64,000 nucleotides of DNA. Source: Opitutus sp. GTDB lineage: Bacteria; Verrucomicrobiota; Verrucomicrobiia; Opitutales; Opitutaceae. Made by a program: the position numbers and the translations under genes. Under the pieces are notes generated by a model. That model had not been told where the DNA came from. It did not search any database and saw only the letters and a program-made list of their open reading frames with translations. The DNA lies in NCBI GenBank assembly GCA_013822585.1, contig PNKG01000001.1:1084-65083 (forward strand). Reading direction: 5' to 3'. Position 1 is the first letter of the stretch; the number at the start of each line of letters is the position of its first letter. Below, one piece after another: positions 46,185 to 56,252 of the stretch.

Positions 46185-47162
46185 TCAGATGACGCGGTCG
46201 AGCAGGGGCAGGCCGCCGATGAAGCGCTGCACGTTGCCCGTGAAGTGCCGCACGAGGCTCTCGTCCTGCGCGCGGTGCCCGCCGGCGAGGTGCGGCGTGA
46301 TCTGGCAGCGCGGCTCGGCCCAGAGCGGGTGCTCCGGGGGCAGCGGCTCGGGATCGAGCGCGTCGAGGAACGCACCCGCGACCTGTCCGCCCTGCAGCGC
46401 GCGCAGGAGGGCGGCATGGTCCACCGTCGAACCGCGGCCGATGTTGTAGAAGCAGGCGCCGCGGCGCATCTGCGCGAAGAAGGCCCCGCCGCAGAACCGC
46501 GGCGAGGCGGGCGTGTCGGGCAGGCAGTTCACGATGTGGTCCGCGAGCGGGAGGACGGTCGCGACCTCGGCCTCGGGCACCACCTCGATCTCCTCGTCGC
46601 CGCGCGGCTGGCGGCGCACGCCGATCACGCGGCAGCGGAAGGGCGCGAGCAGGCCGTTGAGGCGCTGGCCGATGGCGCCGTAGCCGAGGATGACGACCGT
46701 CTTGCCCGCCAGCGTCTCGAGCGAGTAGCGGCCCTCGGCGTAGTTCCACTCGCGCGGGCCGGCCTTGTTGAGGATGTAGCGGGGCAGCTCGCGGGTGAAA
46801 CACATCATCATCGCCAGCGCGTGCTCGGCGCAGGGGCCGGCGAAGACGGAGGAGGCGTTGGTCACGACCGTGCCGCGCGCGCGCATCGCGGCGCGGAACC
46901 CGTCGTTGTCGTAGCGCGCGTAGCCGGCGGTGGAGAGCGCGATCCAGCGCAGCTTCGGGTTCGCCACGGCGTCGCGCAAGGGGGGCTGCCCGTAGGCGAT
47001 GTCGGCCTCGGCCAGCGCCGGGTCGGATTCGCCCTCGGTCAGCACCGAGCGCGACGACTTTGCCGATTGGATGACACGGCAGCCGAGACGCGCCAGGCTG
47101 TCGTAGAACAGCTCGCGCGCGCCGGGACGGAGCTCGTGGTTGGCCCAAACCGTGAGACTCAT
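46185..47162 (-). CDS. D-2-hydroxyacid dehydrogenase
   Basis: GYGAIG, NIGRG, LD..DPEPL, TPHLAG. Confidence 0.92.
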   Translation of the reverse strand: MSLTVWANHELRPGARELFYDSLARLGCRVIQSAKSSRSVLTEGESDPALAEADIAYGQPPLRDAVANPKLRWIALSTAGYARYDNDGFRAAMRARGTVVTNASSVFAGPCAEHALAMMMCFTRELPRYILNKAGPREWNYAEGRYSLETLAGKTVVILGYGAIGQRLNGLLAPFRCRVIGVRRQPRGDEEIEVVPEAEVATVLPLADHIVNCLPDTPASPRFCGGAFFAQMRRGACFYNIGRGSTVDHAALLRALQGGQVAGAFLDALDPEPLPPEHPLWAEPRCQITPHLAGGHRAQDESLVRHFTGNVQRFIGGLPLLDRVI

Positions 47163-47403
47163 GTCCTTCCATCACGCCGCGCCGCGCTGTTTGCCGCAAG
47201 CGAGTTCGTTCGGTTTAGGTAATTCCTCCCAAACAAGGCCGGGGGCGCACTCGCTCTCCTTCGGGCGCGGAAAATTCCGTTTGCTCGCGGCGCGCACAAC
47301 CTTGAGCGCGGAAATGCGCATGTTGGTCCGCGCGGACCGAACGGCCCGTCTTGCCACGGGCTCGGAAATCGCCGATGAAGTCGGGGGCGGGCCGCCGTGA
47401 ACC

Positions 47404-50400
47404 ATGGAACCCCTGCTTGTCCTGCTCATCCTCTACCTCGGCGCGGTGCTCCTGGCGCTGCCCGTCTGGACCATCCTCAAGATCCGCGGGGCCGACTCCG
47501 CGCTCGACGCGCTGAACGAGGAAGTGCGCGAACTGCGCCGCGAACTGCAGCTGCTGCGGACCGCGCTCAGGAGCGCCCCGCCGGAGGCGGAACGCGGCGC
47601 GCCGCTCACACCGGCTGCGCCGCCACCGGCGCCGGAGCCGAAACCCGAATCGCTTCCGCCGCTTCTCCCGCCGGCCGTCACTCCTCCCCCACCCGCTCCC
47701 GAACCGATCCAAGAACCGGCCGCGGCCAGGGCGACTCCGCCTCCCGTCGCCTCCGCTCCGCGCTACGTGCCGCCGCCGCCGGCGCCGGGCTGGACGGACT
47801 CGATCAACTGGGAGCAGTTCATGGGCGCGAAACTCTTCGCCTGGCTCGGCGGCTTCGCGCTCTTCCTCGGCATCGCGTTCTTCGTCAAATACGCCTTCGA
47901 GCACGAGCTGATCCCGCCCGGGGTGCGCGTCGCGCTGGGCTTCCTGCTCGGCGCGGGCCTCGTGGCCGGGGGCCTGCGGCTCGACCGCGCGCGCTACCGC
48001 ATCCTCTGCCAGACGCTCGTGGCGACGGGCGTGGTGTCGCTCTACGCGGTGACCTTCGCGTGCAACGCGGTCTACCACTTCGCCTTCTTCGGGCCGATCC
48101 CGACCTTCCTGCTCATGGCGCTGATCACGGCCGCGGCCTTCGTGCTCGCGGTGCGGCTCGAGGCGCAGGTGGTGGCGATCCTCGGCCTGCTCGGCGGCTT
48201 CCTCACCCCGGTGCTGCTCTCGACCGGGCAGGACAACCCCGCGGGGCTCTTCGGCTACATCGCGCTGCTCGACCTCGGGCTCGTCGCCGTCGCGCTGCAC
48301 CGCTCGTGGCCGCACCTCGTGCCGATGGGCGCGGCGGGCACGGCGCTGATGATGATCGGCTGGGCGGACCGCTTTTTCCACGCCGGGAAGGGTCCGGTGG
48401 CGATGACCGTGTGCGTCGGGTTCGCCCTGCTCTTCCAAGGCGCGGCGGCGCTGGCGCGCCGGCGCGCCGGCGCCGCCCGCGAATTCTCCTGGACCGCGGC
48501 GGCGATGACCCTGGTCGGCCTCGGCTTCGCGCTGTTCTTCCTCGGCTATCCGGCGCTGGTGGCGCGCGCCGGGCTTTACCTCGGGTTCGTCTTCCTGCTC
48601 GATGCGCTGCTGCTGGCGCAAAGCTGGCGGGATGAGCTGCTGCCCCGGCTGCACCTTGTGGCGGGCATGGCGGTGTTCGCCGTGCTGGCGCTCTGGACAG
48701 CGACGCACCTCAGCGATGAATTGCTCCCGTGGGCGCTGGCGAGCTACCTCGCCTTTGCCGCGCTGCACACGGCGTTCCCCTCGTGGCTCGCGCGGCTGCG
48801 GCCTTCGGCCGGGCCGTCGTTCTGGAGCCAGTTCTTCCCGCCGCTGGCGCTCGTGCTGATGCTCGTGCCGCTGTTCAGGCTCGAGGCCGTGCCGTTCCTG
48901 CTCTGGCCGGCGATGCTGCTCGTCGACCTGATCGCGATCCTGCTGGCGGCGTTGAGCGGGGCGATCCTCGCCGTCGGCGCGGCGCTGGCGCTGACGCTGG
49001 CGGTGGCGGGCGTGGCGCTGTTCCGCGTGCCCGTGGAGGCCGCAGCCGCGTCTTCGCTGCTCGTCGTCATCGGCGGCTTCGGCGTGTTCTTCTTCGCCGC
49101 CTCGCTCTGGCTCGTGCGCCGGCTGGGCGACCGGCTGCCAGCGGACGCGGCCGACGAGCGCCTCGCGGTCCTCTTCGGCGACACGCGCACGCAGCTGCCG
49201 GCGATGTCGTCGCTCCTGCCCTTCGTGCTGCTGATCCTGGCCTGCGCGCGGCTGCATGTGCCGGAGCCGTCGGTGGTGTTCGGGCTGGCGCTGCTGCTCG
49301 CGGTGCTGACGCTCGGCCTCGCGCAGCTCATGGCGATCGAATGGCTGCCGGCCTGCGCGCTGGCGGGCGTGGCGGGCGTCACCCATGCGTGGCACGCGCG
49401 GCAGTTCTGGGCGGCGAACCCGGAGGTGCCGCTGACCTGGTATCTCGTCTTCCACGCGGTGTTCACCGTCTATCCGTTCCTCTTCCGGCGGCGTTTTGCC
49501 GGCATGTCCGGGCCGTGGATCACCGCGGCGCTGGGCGGCGTGGTGTTTTTCCCGCTGGTGCACAAGCTGGTCGCCGCGGCCTGGCCGAACGGCGCGATGG
49601 GCCTTCTGCCCGCGGCCTTCGCGGCCGCCCCGCTGGCGAGCCTGGCGCTGGTGCTGCGCCGGCAGGAGGAATCGCCCGGGCGGCTGGCCGTGCTGGCCTG
49701 GTTCGGCGGCGTGGCGCTGCTGTTCGTCACCCTGATTTTCCCGATCCAATTCGAGCGCCAGTGGCTGACGGTCGCCTGGGCGCTGGAAGGCGCGGCGCTG
49801 TGCTGGCTGTTCCACCGCGTGCCGCACCCGGGCCTGCGTGTCGTGGGCGTGGCGCTGCTGGCGACGGCCTTTGCGCGGCTCGCGCTCAACCCGGCGGTGC
49901 TCGGCTACCATGCGCGCAGCGGCACCCCGATTTTCAACTGGTATCTCTACGCCTACGGCCTGACGACGGCGGCGCTGGCCGCGGGCGCGCGGCTGCTCGC
50001 CCCGCCGCGCGAGCGCGTGCTCGGCCTCAACGCCCCGCCGCTGCTCAACACCCTCGCGGTCGTCCTCGGCTTCCTGCTGCTCAACCTCGAGATCGCGGAC
50101 TACTTCACGCCGGCCGGCGCGCGCATGCTGGCCTTCCAGTTCTCCGGCAGCTTCGCGCGCGACATGACCTACACGATCGCGTGGGCGCTCTTCGCGCTCG
50201 GCCTGCTCGTCGGCGGCATCTGGCGGCAGCAGCGCGCGGCGCGCTACGCGGCCATCGGCCTGTTGAGCGCGGCCCTGCTCAAGCTCTTTTTCCACGACCT
50301 CGCCCGCCTCGAGGCGCTCTACCGCATCGGCGCGCTCTTCGGCGTCGCCGTCATCGCCATCCTCGCCTCGTTCGCCTACCAGCGCTTCCTCCCCAGCAAT

Positions 50401-50427
50401 GCAACGACTCCTCCCCGCCCGGATTGA
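47404..50427 (+). CDS. DUF2339-family large membrane protein
   Basis: Pro-rich linker, WEQFMG.KLFAW.GG.AL..G..FF.KY, GGFLTPVLLSTG, K.F..DL..L..LYRI. Confidence 0.88.
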   Translation: MEPLLVLLILYLGAVLLALPVWTILKIRGADSALDALNEEVRELRRELQLLRTALRSAPPEAERGAPLTPAAPPPAPEPKPESLPPLLPPAVTPPPPAPEPIQEPAAARATPPPVASAPRYVPPPPAPGWTDSINWEQFMGAKLFAWLGGFALFLGIAFFVKYAFEHELIPPGVRVALGFLLGAGLVAGGLRLDRARYRILCQTLVATGVVSLYAVTFACNAVYHFAFFGPIPTFLLMALITAAAFVLAVRLEAQVVAILGLLGGFLTPVLLSTGQDNPAGLFGYIALLDLGLVAVALHRSWPHLVPMGAAGTALMMIGWADRFFHAGKGPVAMTVCVGFALLFQGAAALARRRAGAAREFSWTAAAMTLVGLGFALFFLGYPALVARAGLYLGFVFLLDALLLAQSWRDELLPRLHLVAGMAVFAVLALWTATHLSDELLPWALASYLAFAALHTAFPSWLARLRPSAGPSFWSQFFPPLALVLMLVPLFRLEAVPFLLWPAMLLVDLIAILLAALSGAILAVGAALALTLAVAGVALFRVPVEAAAASSLLVVIGGFGVFFFAASLWLVRRLGDRLPADAADERLAVLFGDTRTQLPAMSSLLPFVLLILACARLHVPEPSVVFGLALLLAVLTLGLAQLMAIEWLPACALAGVAGVTHAWHARQFWAANPEVPLTWYLVFHAVFTVYPFLFRRRFAGMSGPWITAALGGVVFFPLVHKLVAAAWPNGAMGLLPAAFAAAPLASLALVLRRQEESPGRLAVLAWFGGVALLFVTLIFPIQFERQWLTVAWALEGAALCWLFHRVPHPGLRVVGVALLATAFARLALNPAVLGYHARSGTPIFNWYLYAYGLTTAALAAGARLLAPPRERVLGLNAPPLLNTLAVVLGFLLLNLEIADYFTPAGARMLAFQFSGSFARDMTYTIAWALFALGLLVGGIWRQQRAARYAAIGLLSAALLKLFFHDLARLEALYRIGALFGVAVIAILASFAYQRFLPSNATTPPRPD

Positions 50428-52423
50428 CGCCGCCGGCCTCTTTCTCGCCCTGACACTCGCGGCGCCGGCCGCGCTCGTGCCGACCGAATGGCAGCACCGC
50501 CAGCCGCTCGAGGTCGCGCAACCCGGCCTTGTCCGCGTCGCGCTGCCGCCCGAGACCTTCGACCGCGCGCAGGCCGATCTCGCCGACCTGCGGATCGTCG
50601 ATCCGGAGGGCCGGGAACTGGCCTGCGCCCTCGAACACGGCCGCGACGCCTGCGCACCGCCCGCGACACAGCGCCTCGCCGCCGTGCAGGGTTTCCGCGG
50701 CACGCTCAGCCGCGAGCAGACCCAGCTGCGGATCGAGACCGGCGTGACCGGCCGCGTCGCCTTCCTCGAACTCGCCACCTCCGCGCCGTATTTCCTCAAG
50801 GCCGCGCACGTCGAGGTGTCGGCCGACGGCGAAAACTGGACCTCGCTCGGGCCGGCGATCCCGGTCTTCCGCCAGTTCGGCGCGGAGAACCTGCGCGTGG
50901 AGATCGGCCGCGAGGCGCCGCACGTGCGCGTCACGCTCGACGACGCGCGTTCGCGCCGCGTTGAGTTCACCGGCGCCCGCGTGCTGCCGGCGGCCGGGAG
51001 CGCCGCCGAGCCGGAGCGGACGGGGGTCGCCGCGCAGGTCGTCCGCCGCGAGGAATTCGCCGGCGAGACGGTGCTGACCTTGCTTCTGCCCGCCGCGCAC
51101 CTGCCGCTCGCCGCGCTGGCCTTCGAGGCCGCGGACCCGCTCTTCATGCGCCGGGTGACTGTCGCGGTGCGCGACGTGAGCGACGGCACGCCGCGGGAGC
51201 GCACGATCGGCTCGGGCACGCTCTACCGCGTCGCCCTCGACGGCGCGCCGGCCCGCGCGCGGCTGGAGGTGCCGGTCGACCACACGCCCGCCACCCGCGA
51301 GCTGATCGTGCACGTGCACAACGGCGATTCGCCGCCGCTGCAGTTCGCCGCCGTGCGCGCCGACCACTGGCCGGTGACGCTGGCCTTCATGGCCGCTTCC
51401 GCCGGCCGCCACCATCTGCTCAGCGGCAACGCCTCCGCCCGTGCGCCGCGCTACGACTTCGCGGCTTTCGCCGGCGACCTCCATCGCGCCGCGGCCACCC
51501 GGCTCACGCCCGGCTCCGCCGAGGTCATGCCCGGCTACCGGCCGGCCGAGTCGCTGTCCGCGCCCGCGCTGCCGGAAATCCCGCTGAGCGGCGCGCCGCT
51601 CGACGCCGCGAAGTGGACCGTGCGCCGCGCGGTGCATATCCGGGCCGTCGGCGTGCAGGAACTCGAACTCGATCCCGCGGCCCTCGCCGGCGCGCGTCCC
51701 GACCTGGGCGACCTGCGCCTGCTGCGCCGCGGCAACCAGATCCCCTACGTGCCGGAGCGCCCCGCGCTGCAGCGCACCCTCGCGCTCACGCCGGTGCCCG
51801 AGGCCGACCCCAAGCGGCCGAGCGTCAGCGTGTGGAAGATCGCCCTGCCGCACGCCGGCATCCCCGTCTCCCGTCTCGTGCTCAGGAGCGGCACGCCGCT
51901 CTTCTCCCGCCAGTTCCGCCTGAGCGAGCGCCGCGAATCGCCCAACGGCGGCACGAGCCCGCACCTGCTCGCCACCGCGGCGTGGAGCCGCCGGCCCGAG
52001 CCGGGCGAACCCGAGACCTGCACGCTGGAAATCCCCGAGCGCCTGACGTCCGACACGCTCTGGCTCGAGACGGACAACGGCGACAATCCCGCCATCGCGC
52101 TCGACGCCGCGACCGCCACCCATCCCGTCGCGCGCCTCGTCTTCAAGGTCACGGGCCCCGACGGTTTCGAGCTCGCCTACGGGCGGCGCGAGGCGGCCGC
52201 GCCGCAATACGACCTGCGCCTGGTCGCGGCGCGCCTGCTCACCGTGCCGCGCCAGGTTGCCCAGCTCGCGCCCGCCCCGGCGGCGCCGGCAAAGAGCCCC
52301 ATCGACCGATTGCTCCGCAGCGCCAACGGCGGGATCGTCTTCTGGAGCGCGCTCGCGCTGGTGGTCGTCGTGCTGCTCGGTGTCGTGGCCAGACTGCTGC
52401 CGAAGTCGCCCGGCTCACCCTGA
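50399..52423 (+). CDS. DUF3999-like exported protein with C-terminal TM anchor; partner of DUF2339
   Basis: Two internal repeats of DL.DLR, NGD.PPL / NGDNPAI and AP.YD; overlaps the upstream gene. Confidence 0.75.
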   Translation: MQRLLPARIDAAGLFLALTLAAPAALVPTEWQHRQPLEVAQPGLVRVALPPETFDRAQADLADLRIVDPEGRELACALEHGRDACAPPATQRLAAVQGFRGTLSREQTQLRIETGVTGRVAFLELATSAPYFLKAAHVEVSADGENWTSLGPAIPVFRQFGAENLRVEIGREAPHVRVTLDDARSRRVEFTGARVLPAAGSAAEPERTGVAAQVVRREEFAGETVLTLLLPAAHLPLAALAFEAADPLFMRRVTVAVRDVSDGTPRERTIGSGTLYRVALDGAPARARLEVPVDHTPATRELIVHVHNGDSPPLQFAAVRADHWPVTLAFMAASAGRHHLLSGNASARAPRYDFAAFAGDLHRAAATRLTPGSAEVMPGYRPAESLSAPALPEIPLSGAPLDAAKWTVRRAVHIRAVGVQELELDPAALAGARPDLGDLRLLRRGNQIPYVPERPALQRTLALTPVPEADPKRPSVSVWKIALPHAGIPVSRLVLRSGTPLFSRQFRLSERRESPNGGTSPHLLATAAWSRRPEPGEPETCTLEIPERLTSDTLWLETDNGDNPAIALDAATATHPVARLVFKVTGPDGFELAYGRREAAAPQYDLRLVAARLLTVPRQVAQLAPAPAAPAKSPIDRLLRSANGGIVFWSALALVVVVLLGVVARLLPKSPGSP

Positions 52424-53908
52424 GTTGGCCGTGGATTCCCGGGCCCCCGTCCCGGCGCACTCCCGCGCGGTGTAGGCGGCGATTTCCGCCTCTGTCTCCT
52501 TGGACGTCCATCCGAGCGGACAGGCCATCCACGCCGCGACCTGGGCCACCGTCTCGGGCGAGTAGCGCCGCGCGTAGTGCCAGCCGCTCCGCCGCAGCAT
52601 CACGTCGCCGAGATGGAGCGCCCACTCGCGGGTCACATAGTGGAGCACGGCCTCGCGCGTGAACGGCGCGGGCTCGATGCCGCTGAAGGGCGTGATCTCC
52701 TCCGCCAGCAGCAGCGGTTCGGCGGCCGTGCGGCAATCCGCCGCCGATACACCGAGCTGGCGCATGATGGCGTCGACCGTCTGCTCGGACATGAGGCGAT
52801 AAGTCGTGAGCTTGCCGCCGGCGATGTCCCACCAGCCGGGCTCCGGGCTCTTGATCTCATGCTCGCGGGAGATGTCCGACGGCGTGCCGTCCGGATTGGC
52901 GATGAGCGGACGCAGTCCGGCCCATGAGCTGACGATGTCGTCCTCGGCCAGCCGGACGGACGGGAAAAAATCGTTCACTGCGCGCAGCACGTAGGCGACA
53001 TCGGCTGGCTCGACCGCCACATCCTCCGGCGCGCCGGTGTAGTCGGTGTCGGTCGTGCCGAGGATCACGCGCTCGTCCCACGGCAGCACGAAGAGGAGGC
53101 GTTTGCCCTCGGTGATGACCACGGCCGACGGCACCGGCAGCCGGGCGCGATCGATCACGAGATGGATGCCTTTGCTCAGTCGCAGTCGCACGGCGCTGGG
53201 CTGCAGGCGATCGGCCCACGGCCCGGTGGCATTCACCACCGCGCGGGCGCGCACCGTGAACCGCCCGCCGGAGGCAGAGTCCACGACCACACAGCTCCAC
53301 TCTCCGGCTTTGCGCGAGGTTTCAACCAGCCGCGCATAATTGAGCAGCGCGGCGCCATGGCGCTCGGCGGAACGCAGCGTATCGAGCACGAGCCGCGCAT
53401 CGTTGGTCAGCGCATCGTAGTAGCGGACCGAGCCCGCGAGCCGCGCCGCCCGGAGCGCGGGCAGCATGGCGCGCGTCTCGGCGGCGGTGAACCCGCGCGA
53501 CGGCGCGAAATTGCGCCCGCCGCAGAGCAGGTCGTAGAGCTTCACGCCGATGCGCAGCTGCCAGAGCGGGCGGCCCTCGCCGCGGTAACACGGGAAAATG
53601 AAGCCCAGCGGCTCGGCGAGGTGCGGGGCGATCTGGTGAATGACCTTCTTCTCGACGCTCGCCTCGCGGACAAGGCCGACGTGCCCCTGCTCGAGGTAGC
53701 GCAACCCGCCGTGCAGCAGCCGGCTGGACCGGCTGCTCGTGCCGGCGGCGAAATCCTGCTGGTCAATGAGCCCGACGCGCAGGCCGCGCATGGCGGCATC
53801 GCGCGCGACGCCGGCGCCGACAATGCCGCCGCCGACTACGAGCAAGTCGAGCGGGGTTTCCGTGGTGAGGCGGCTCAGGGCCGCTTGACGCTGGGAGTTG
53901 GCTTCCAT
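52415..53908 (-). CDS. glpD: FAD-dependent glycerol-3-phosphate dehydrogenase
   Basis: GGGIVGAGVARDAA.RGL, GTSSRSSRLLHGGLRYLE, NATGPW, GLRPL, GGKLTTYR. Confidence 0.92.
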   Translation of the reverse strand: MEANSQRQAALSRLTTETPLDLLVVGGGIVGAGVARDAAMRGLRVGLIDQQDFAAGTSSRSSRLLHGGLRYLEQGHVGLVREASVEKKVIHQIAPHLAEPLGFIFPCYRGEGRPLWQLRIGVKLYDLLCGGRNFAPSRGFTAAETRAMLPALRAARLAGSVRYYDALTNDARLVLDTLRSAERHGAALLNYARLVETSRKAGEWSCVVVDSASGGRFTVRARAVVNATGPWADRLQPSAVRLRLSKGIHLVIDRARLPVPSAVVITEGKRLLFVLPWDERVILGTTDTDYTGAPEDVAVEPADVAYVLRAVNDFFPSVRLAEDDIVSSWAGLRPLIANPDGTPSDISREHEIKSPEPGWWDIAGGKLTTYRLMSEQTVDAIMRQLGVSAADCRTAAEPLLLAEEITPFSGIEPAPFTREAVLHYVTREWALHLGDVMLRRSGWHYARRYSPETVAQVAAWMACPLGWTSKETEAEIAAYTARECAGTGARESTANSG

Positions 53909-53922
53909 GACGAAAATATCCT

Positions 53923-54771
53923 TCAACCCGCGCGCGCGGCGGCGAGCAGCGCGCCGAACTCGGCGAGGCTGGGCACCACGAGGTCGGGTGGCGGCTGGGC
54001 CAGAGCGGCGTCCTGCGCCGTGGCTTCGCCGGTGAGCACGAGCACACCGAGCGCGCCGGCGCGGCGCGCCATCTCGATGTCGGTGTAGATGCGGTCGCCC
54101 ACCATGGCGATCTGGGCAGGCTGCAAGTGCTGGCGCTCGAGGATGCCGGTGAGCATCTCGGGATCGGGCTTGCCGAGCACGATGTCGGGCGCGCGGCCGG
54201 TGGCCTTTTCGAGCATGGCGCAGATGGAGCCGCAGTCGACAAGCACGGTCGGCTGGTCGGTCGGGCAGACGCGGTCGGGATTGGTGGCGAGGTAGGGTTT
54301 GCCCTGCTGGATCCACCACGCCGCGCGGCAGGCGCGCGCGTAGGTGAGCGTGAGGTCGAAGCCGACGACGACGGCGTCGGGCACTTCATCCGGATCATCG
54401 GCCGTCAGCGCGAAGCCCGCGGCGGAGAATTCCGCGAGCATGCTCGGCGTGCCGAGCGCGAAGATGCGCCGCACGGCGGGGAAGCGCCGGCGCAGGCACG
54501 CGATGGTCGCCTGCGTGGTGTTGAGCAGCTGCTCGCGCGTGGCCTCGACGCCGAGCTTGCGGAAGTGCGCGACGTAGTCGTCGGTGCTCTTCGAGGGATT
54601 GTTGGTGAGGAAGGTGCAGCCGATGCCCAGCCCGCGCATCTGCGCGAGGAACGGCCGCGTGCACGCGAAAAGCGTGCCGCCCTTGTAGATGGTGCCGTCC
54701 ATGTCGAGGGCGACATGCGCGAGGCCGCGCAGGCGGGCGAGCAGGGCGGGTGAAGGATCGGGGGCGTTCAT
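53923..54771 (-). CDS. HAD-IIA (NagD-like) phosphatase
   Basis: DMDGT, LTNN, ATNPD, GKP, VGDRIYTDI; ATGA overlap with the MFS gene. Confidence 0.92.
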   Translation of the reverse strand: MNAPDPSPALLARLRGLAHVALDMDGTIYKGGTLFACTRPFLAQMRGLGIGCTFLTNNPSKSTDDYVAHFRKLGVEATREQLLNTTQATIACLRRRFPAVRRIFALGTPSMLAEFSAAGFALTADDPDEVPDAVVVGFDLTLTYARACRAAWWIQQGKPYLATNPDRVCPTDQPTVLVDCGSICAMLEKATGRAPDIVLGKPDPEMLTGILERQHLQPAQIAMVGDRIYTDIEMARRAGALGVLVLTGEATAQDAALAQPPPDLVVPSLAEFGALLAAARAG

Positions 54772-56066
54772 CGGGTGGAGTCGGTTTCGTAGCCGTGGGC
54801 CTTGGCAGGCCAGGCGAGGAGGAACATGAAGGTGCCGATTGCCCCGATGGCGAGCAGCGCGCCGAACGCGGTGTTCCAACCGTAGCGCTGCACGAGCAGG
54901 CCGAGGCCCCAGCCGGAAACGAGCGTGCTGGCGTAGCCGAAGAGCCCGGTGAAGCCCGCCGCGGTCGCCGCGGCGCGATTGGTGGCGAGGTTGGCCGCGG
55001 TGATGCCGATGAGCGCCTGCGGGCCGTAGACAAAGAAGCCCGCCGCCGCGAGGAACGCCGTCGCGACGAGCGGCGTCGAGCCGAGTTGCCAGAAGGCCAG
55101 CATCGCGAGCCCCGCGCCGACCATGCAGAAGACGCAGGTGCGCGCGCCGCGCCCGCCGAAGACCTGATCGGTCACCCAACCGGCGATCAGCATGCCGATG
55201 AGGCCGGACACCTCGAAGGTGCCGACCATCCAGCCGGCGTGCTGGAGCGAGAAGCCCTTCATCTCCTTCAGCAGCGTCGGGCCCCAGTCGAGGATGGCGA
55301 AACGCAGGATGTAGACGAAGAAATTGGCCAGCGAGATCCACCAGATGTGCGGGTTGCCGAAGACGTGGCGGCGCACGAAGGCCTTGTAGTCCGCACTCGA
55401 CTTGTCCTCGCCGTGCTTGCCGCCCGTGCTCTCGACGACGACCTCCGGCAGGCCAACCGAGCTCGGCGTGTCGCGCAGCAGGATGAACAGCACGCCGCCG
55501 GCGAACGTGCACAGGATCGCCGGCGCGAAGAAGCACCAGCGCCAGCCGAATTGCACGATGTAGCCGCCGAACACCGCCGCCGCCCACGCGCCGATCGAGT
55601 GCGAGGTGTTCCAGATCGACATCTTCGTGGCCAGCTGGTGCGGCGGGAACCAGTGCGTCATCAGCCGGCAGCACGGCGGGAAGCCCATGCCCTGCACCCA
55701 GCCGTTGAGCATCCACGCCACGCCGAGCCAGAGCACGGCCGAGCTGAAGCCGAACCAGACGTTGGCCACGACCGAGAGCAGCAGGCCCGCGACCATGAAG
55801 TAGCGGGCGTTCGCGCGGTCGGCCCACATGCCGTTGACGAAGCGCGACACGCCGTAGAGCAGGCCGTGCAGCGTGAGGAAGAGCCCGAGGTCGGCCTTGG
55901 TGATGTGCAGGTCGGCCTGCATCGCCGGCATGGCGAAGCTCAGGTTCTTGCGGACGAAATAAAACGCCGCGTAGCCGAACATCGTCCCGATCAGAGTGCG
56001 GTATTGCCAGTAGCGGAAACGCGCGGCGGTGTCCGCCGGCGCGGTCGGCACCAAGGGTGGGTTCAT
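54768..56066 (-). CDS. GlpT/UhpT-family organophosphate:Pi antiporter (MFS)
   Basis: GYA.FY.VRKN, QGMG.PPC, WN.SH..G, RDTP, YGPQ.LIG, A.GF.GLFGY. Confidence 0.92.
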   Translation of the reverse strand: MNPPLVPTAPADTAARFRYWQYRTLIGTMFGYAAFYFVRKNLSFAMPAMQADLHITKADLGLFLTLHGLLYGVSRFVNGMWADRANARYFMVAGLLLSVVANVWFGFSSAVLWLGVAWMLNGWVQGMGFPPCCRLMTHWFPPHQLATKMSIWNTSHSIGAWAAAVFGGYIVQFGWRWCFFAPAILCTFAGGVLFILLRDTPSSVGLPEVVVESTGGKHGEDKSSADYKAFVRRHVFGNPHIWWISLANFFVYILRFAILDWGPTLLKEMKGFSLQHAGWMVGTFEVSGLIGMLIAGWVTDQVFGGRGARTCVFCMVGAGLAMLAFWQLGSTPLVATAFLAAAGFFVYGPQALIGITAANLATNRAAATAAGFTGLFGYASTLVSGWGLGLLVQRYGWNTAFGALLAIGAIGTFMFLLAWPAKAHGYETDSTR

Positions 56067-56252
56067 GAAGATGGAACGCCGGACGAACGGGAGACCGACG
56101 CCGGGTTTCTCCCCGCCGGCCCCGCCGGCGTCAAGCACCCACCGCGGTTACGACACAAAGCGGGCGCGATGAACATTATTCCAGTTGCGCTCCCCGCCGG
56201 AACCAATGGTCTAAGATGCATGGTGCGCGACGCCCTGAACTACCCCTCCAGA

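Noticed and set aside
47215-51219. 1334-aa minus-strand ORF
   Set aside because: Arg-rich shadow of the DUF2339/DUF3999-like genes.
54750-56220. N-terminal ~490 aa of the 948-aa methylase ORF
   Set aside because: Antisense to the GlpT-family gene; the real methylase starts near 56.2 kb.
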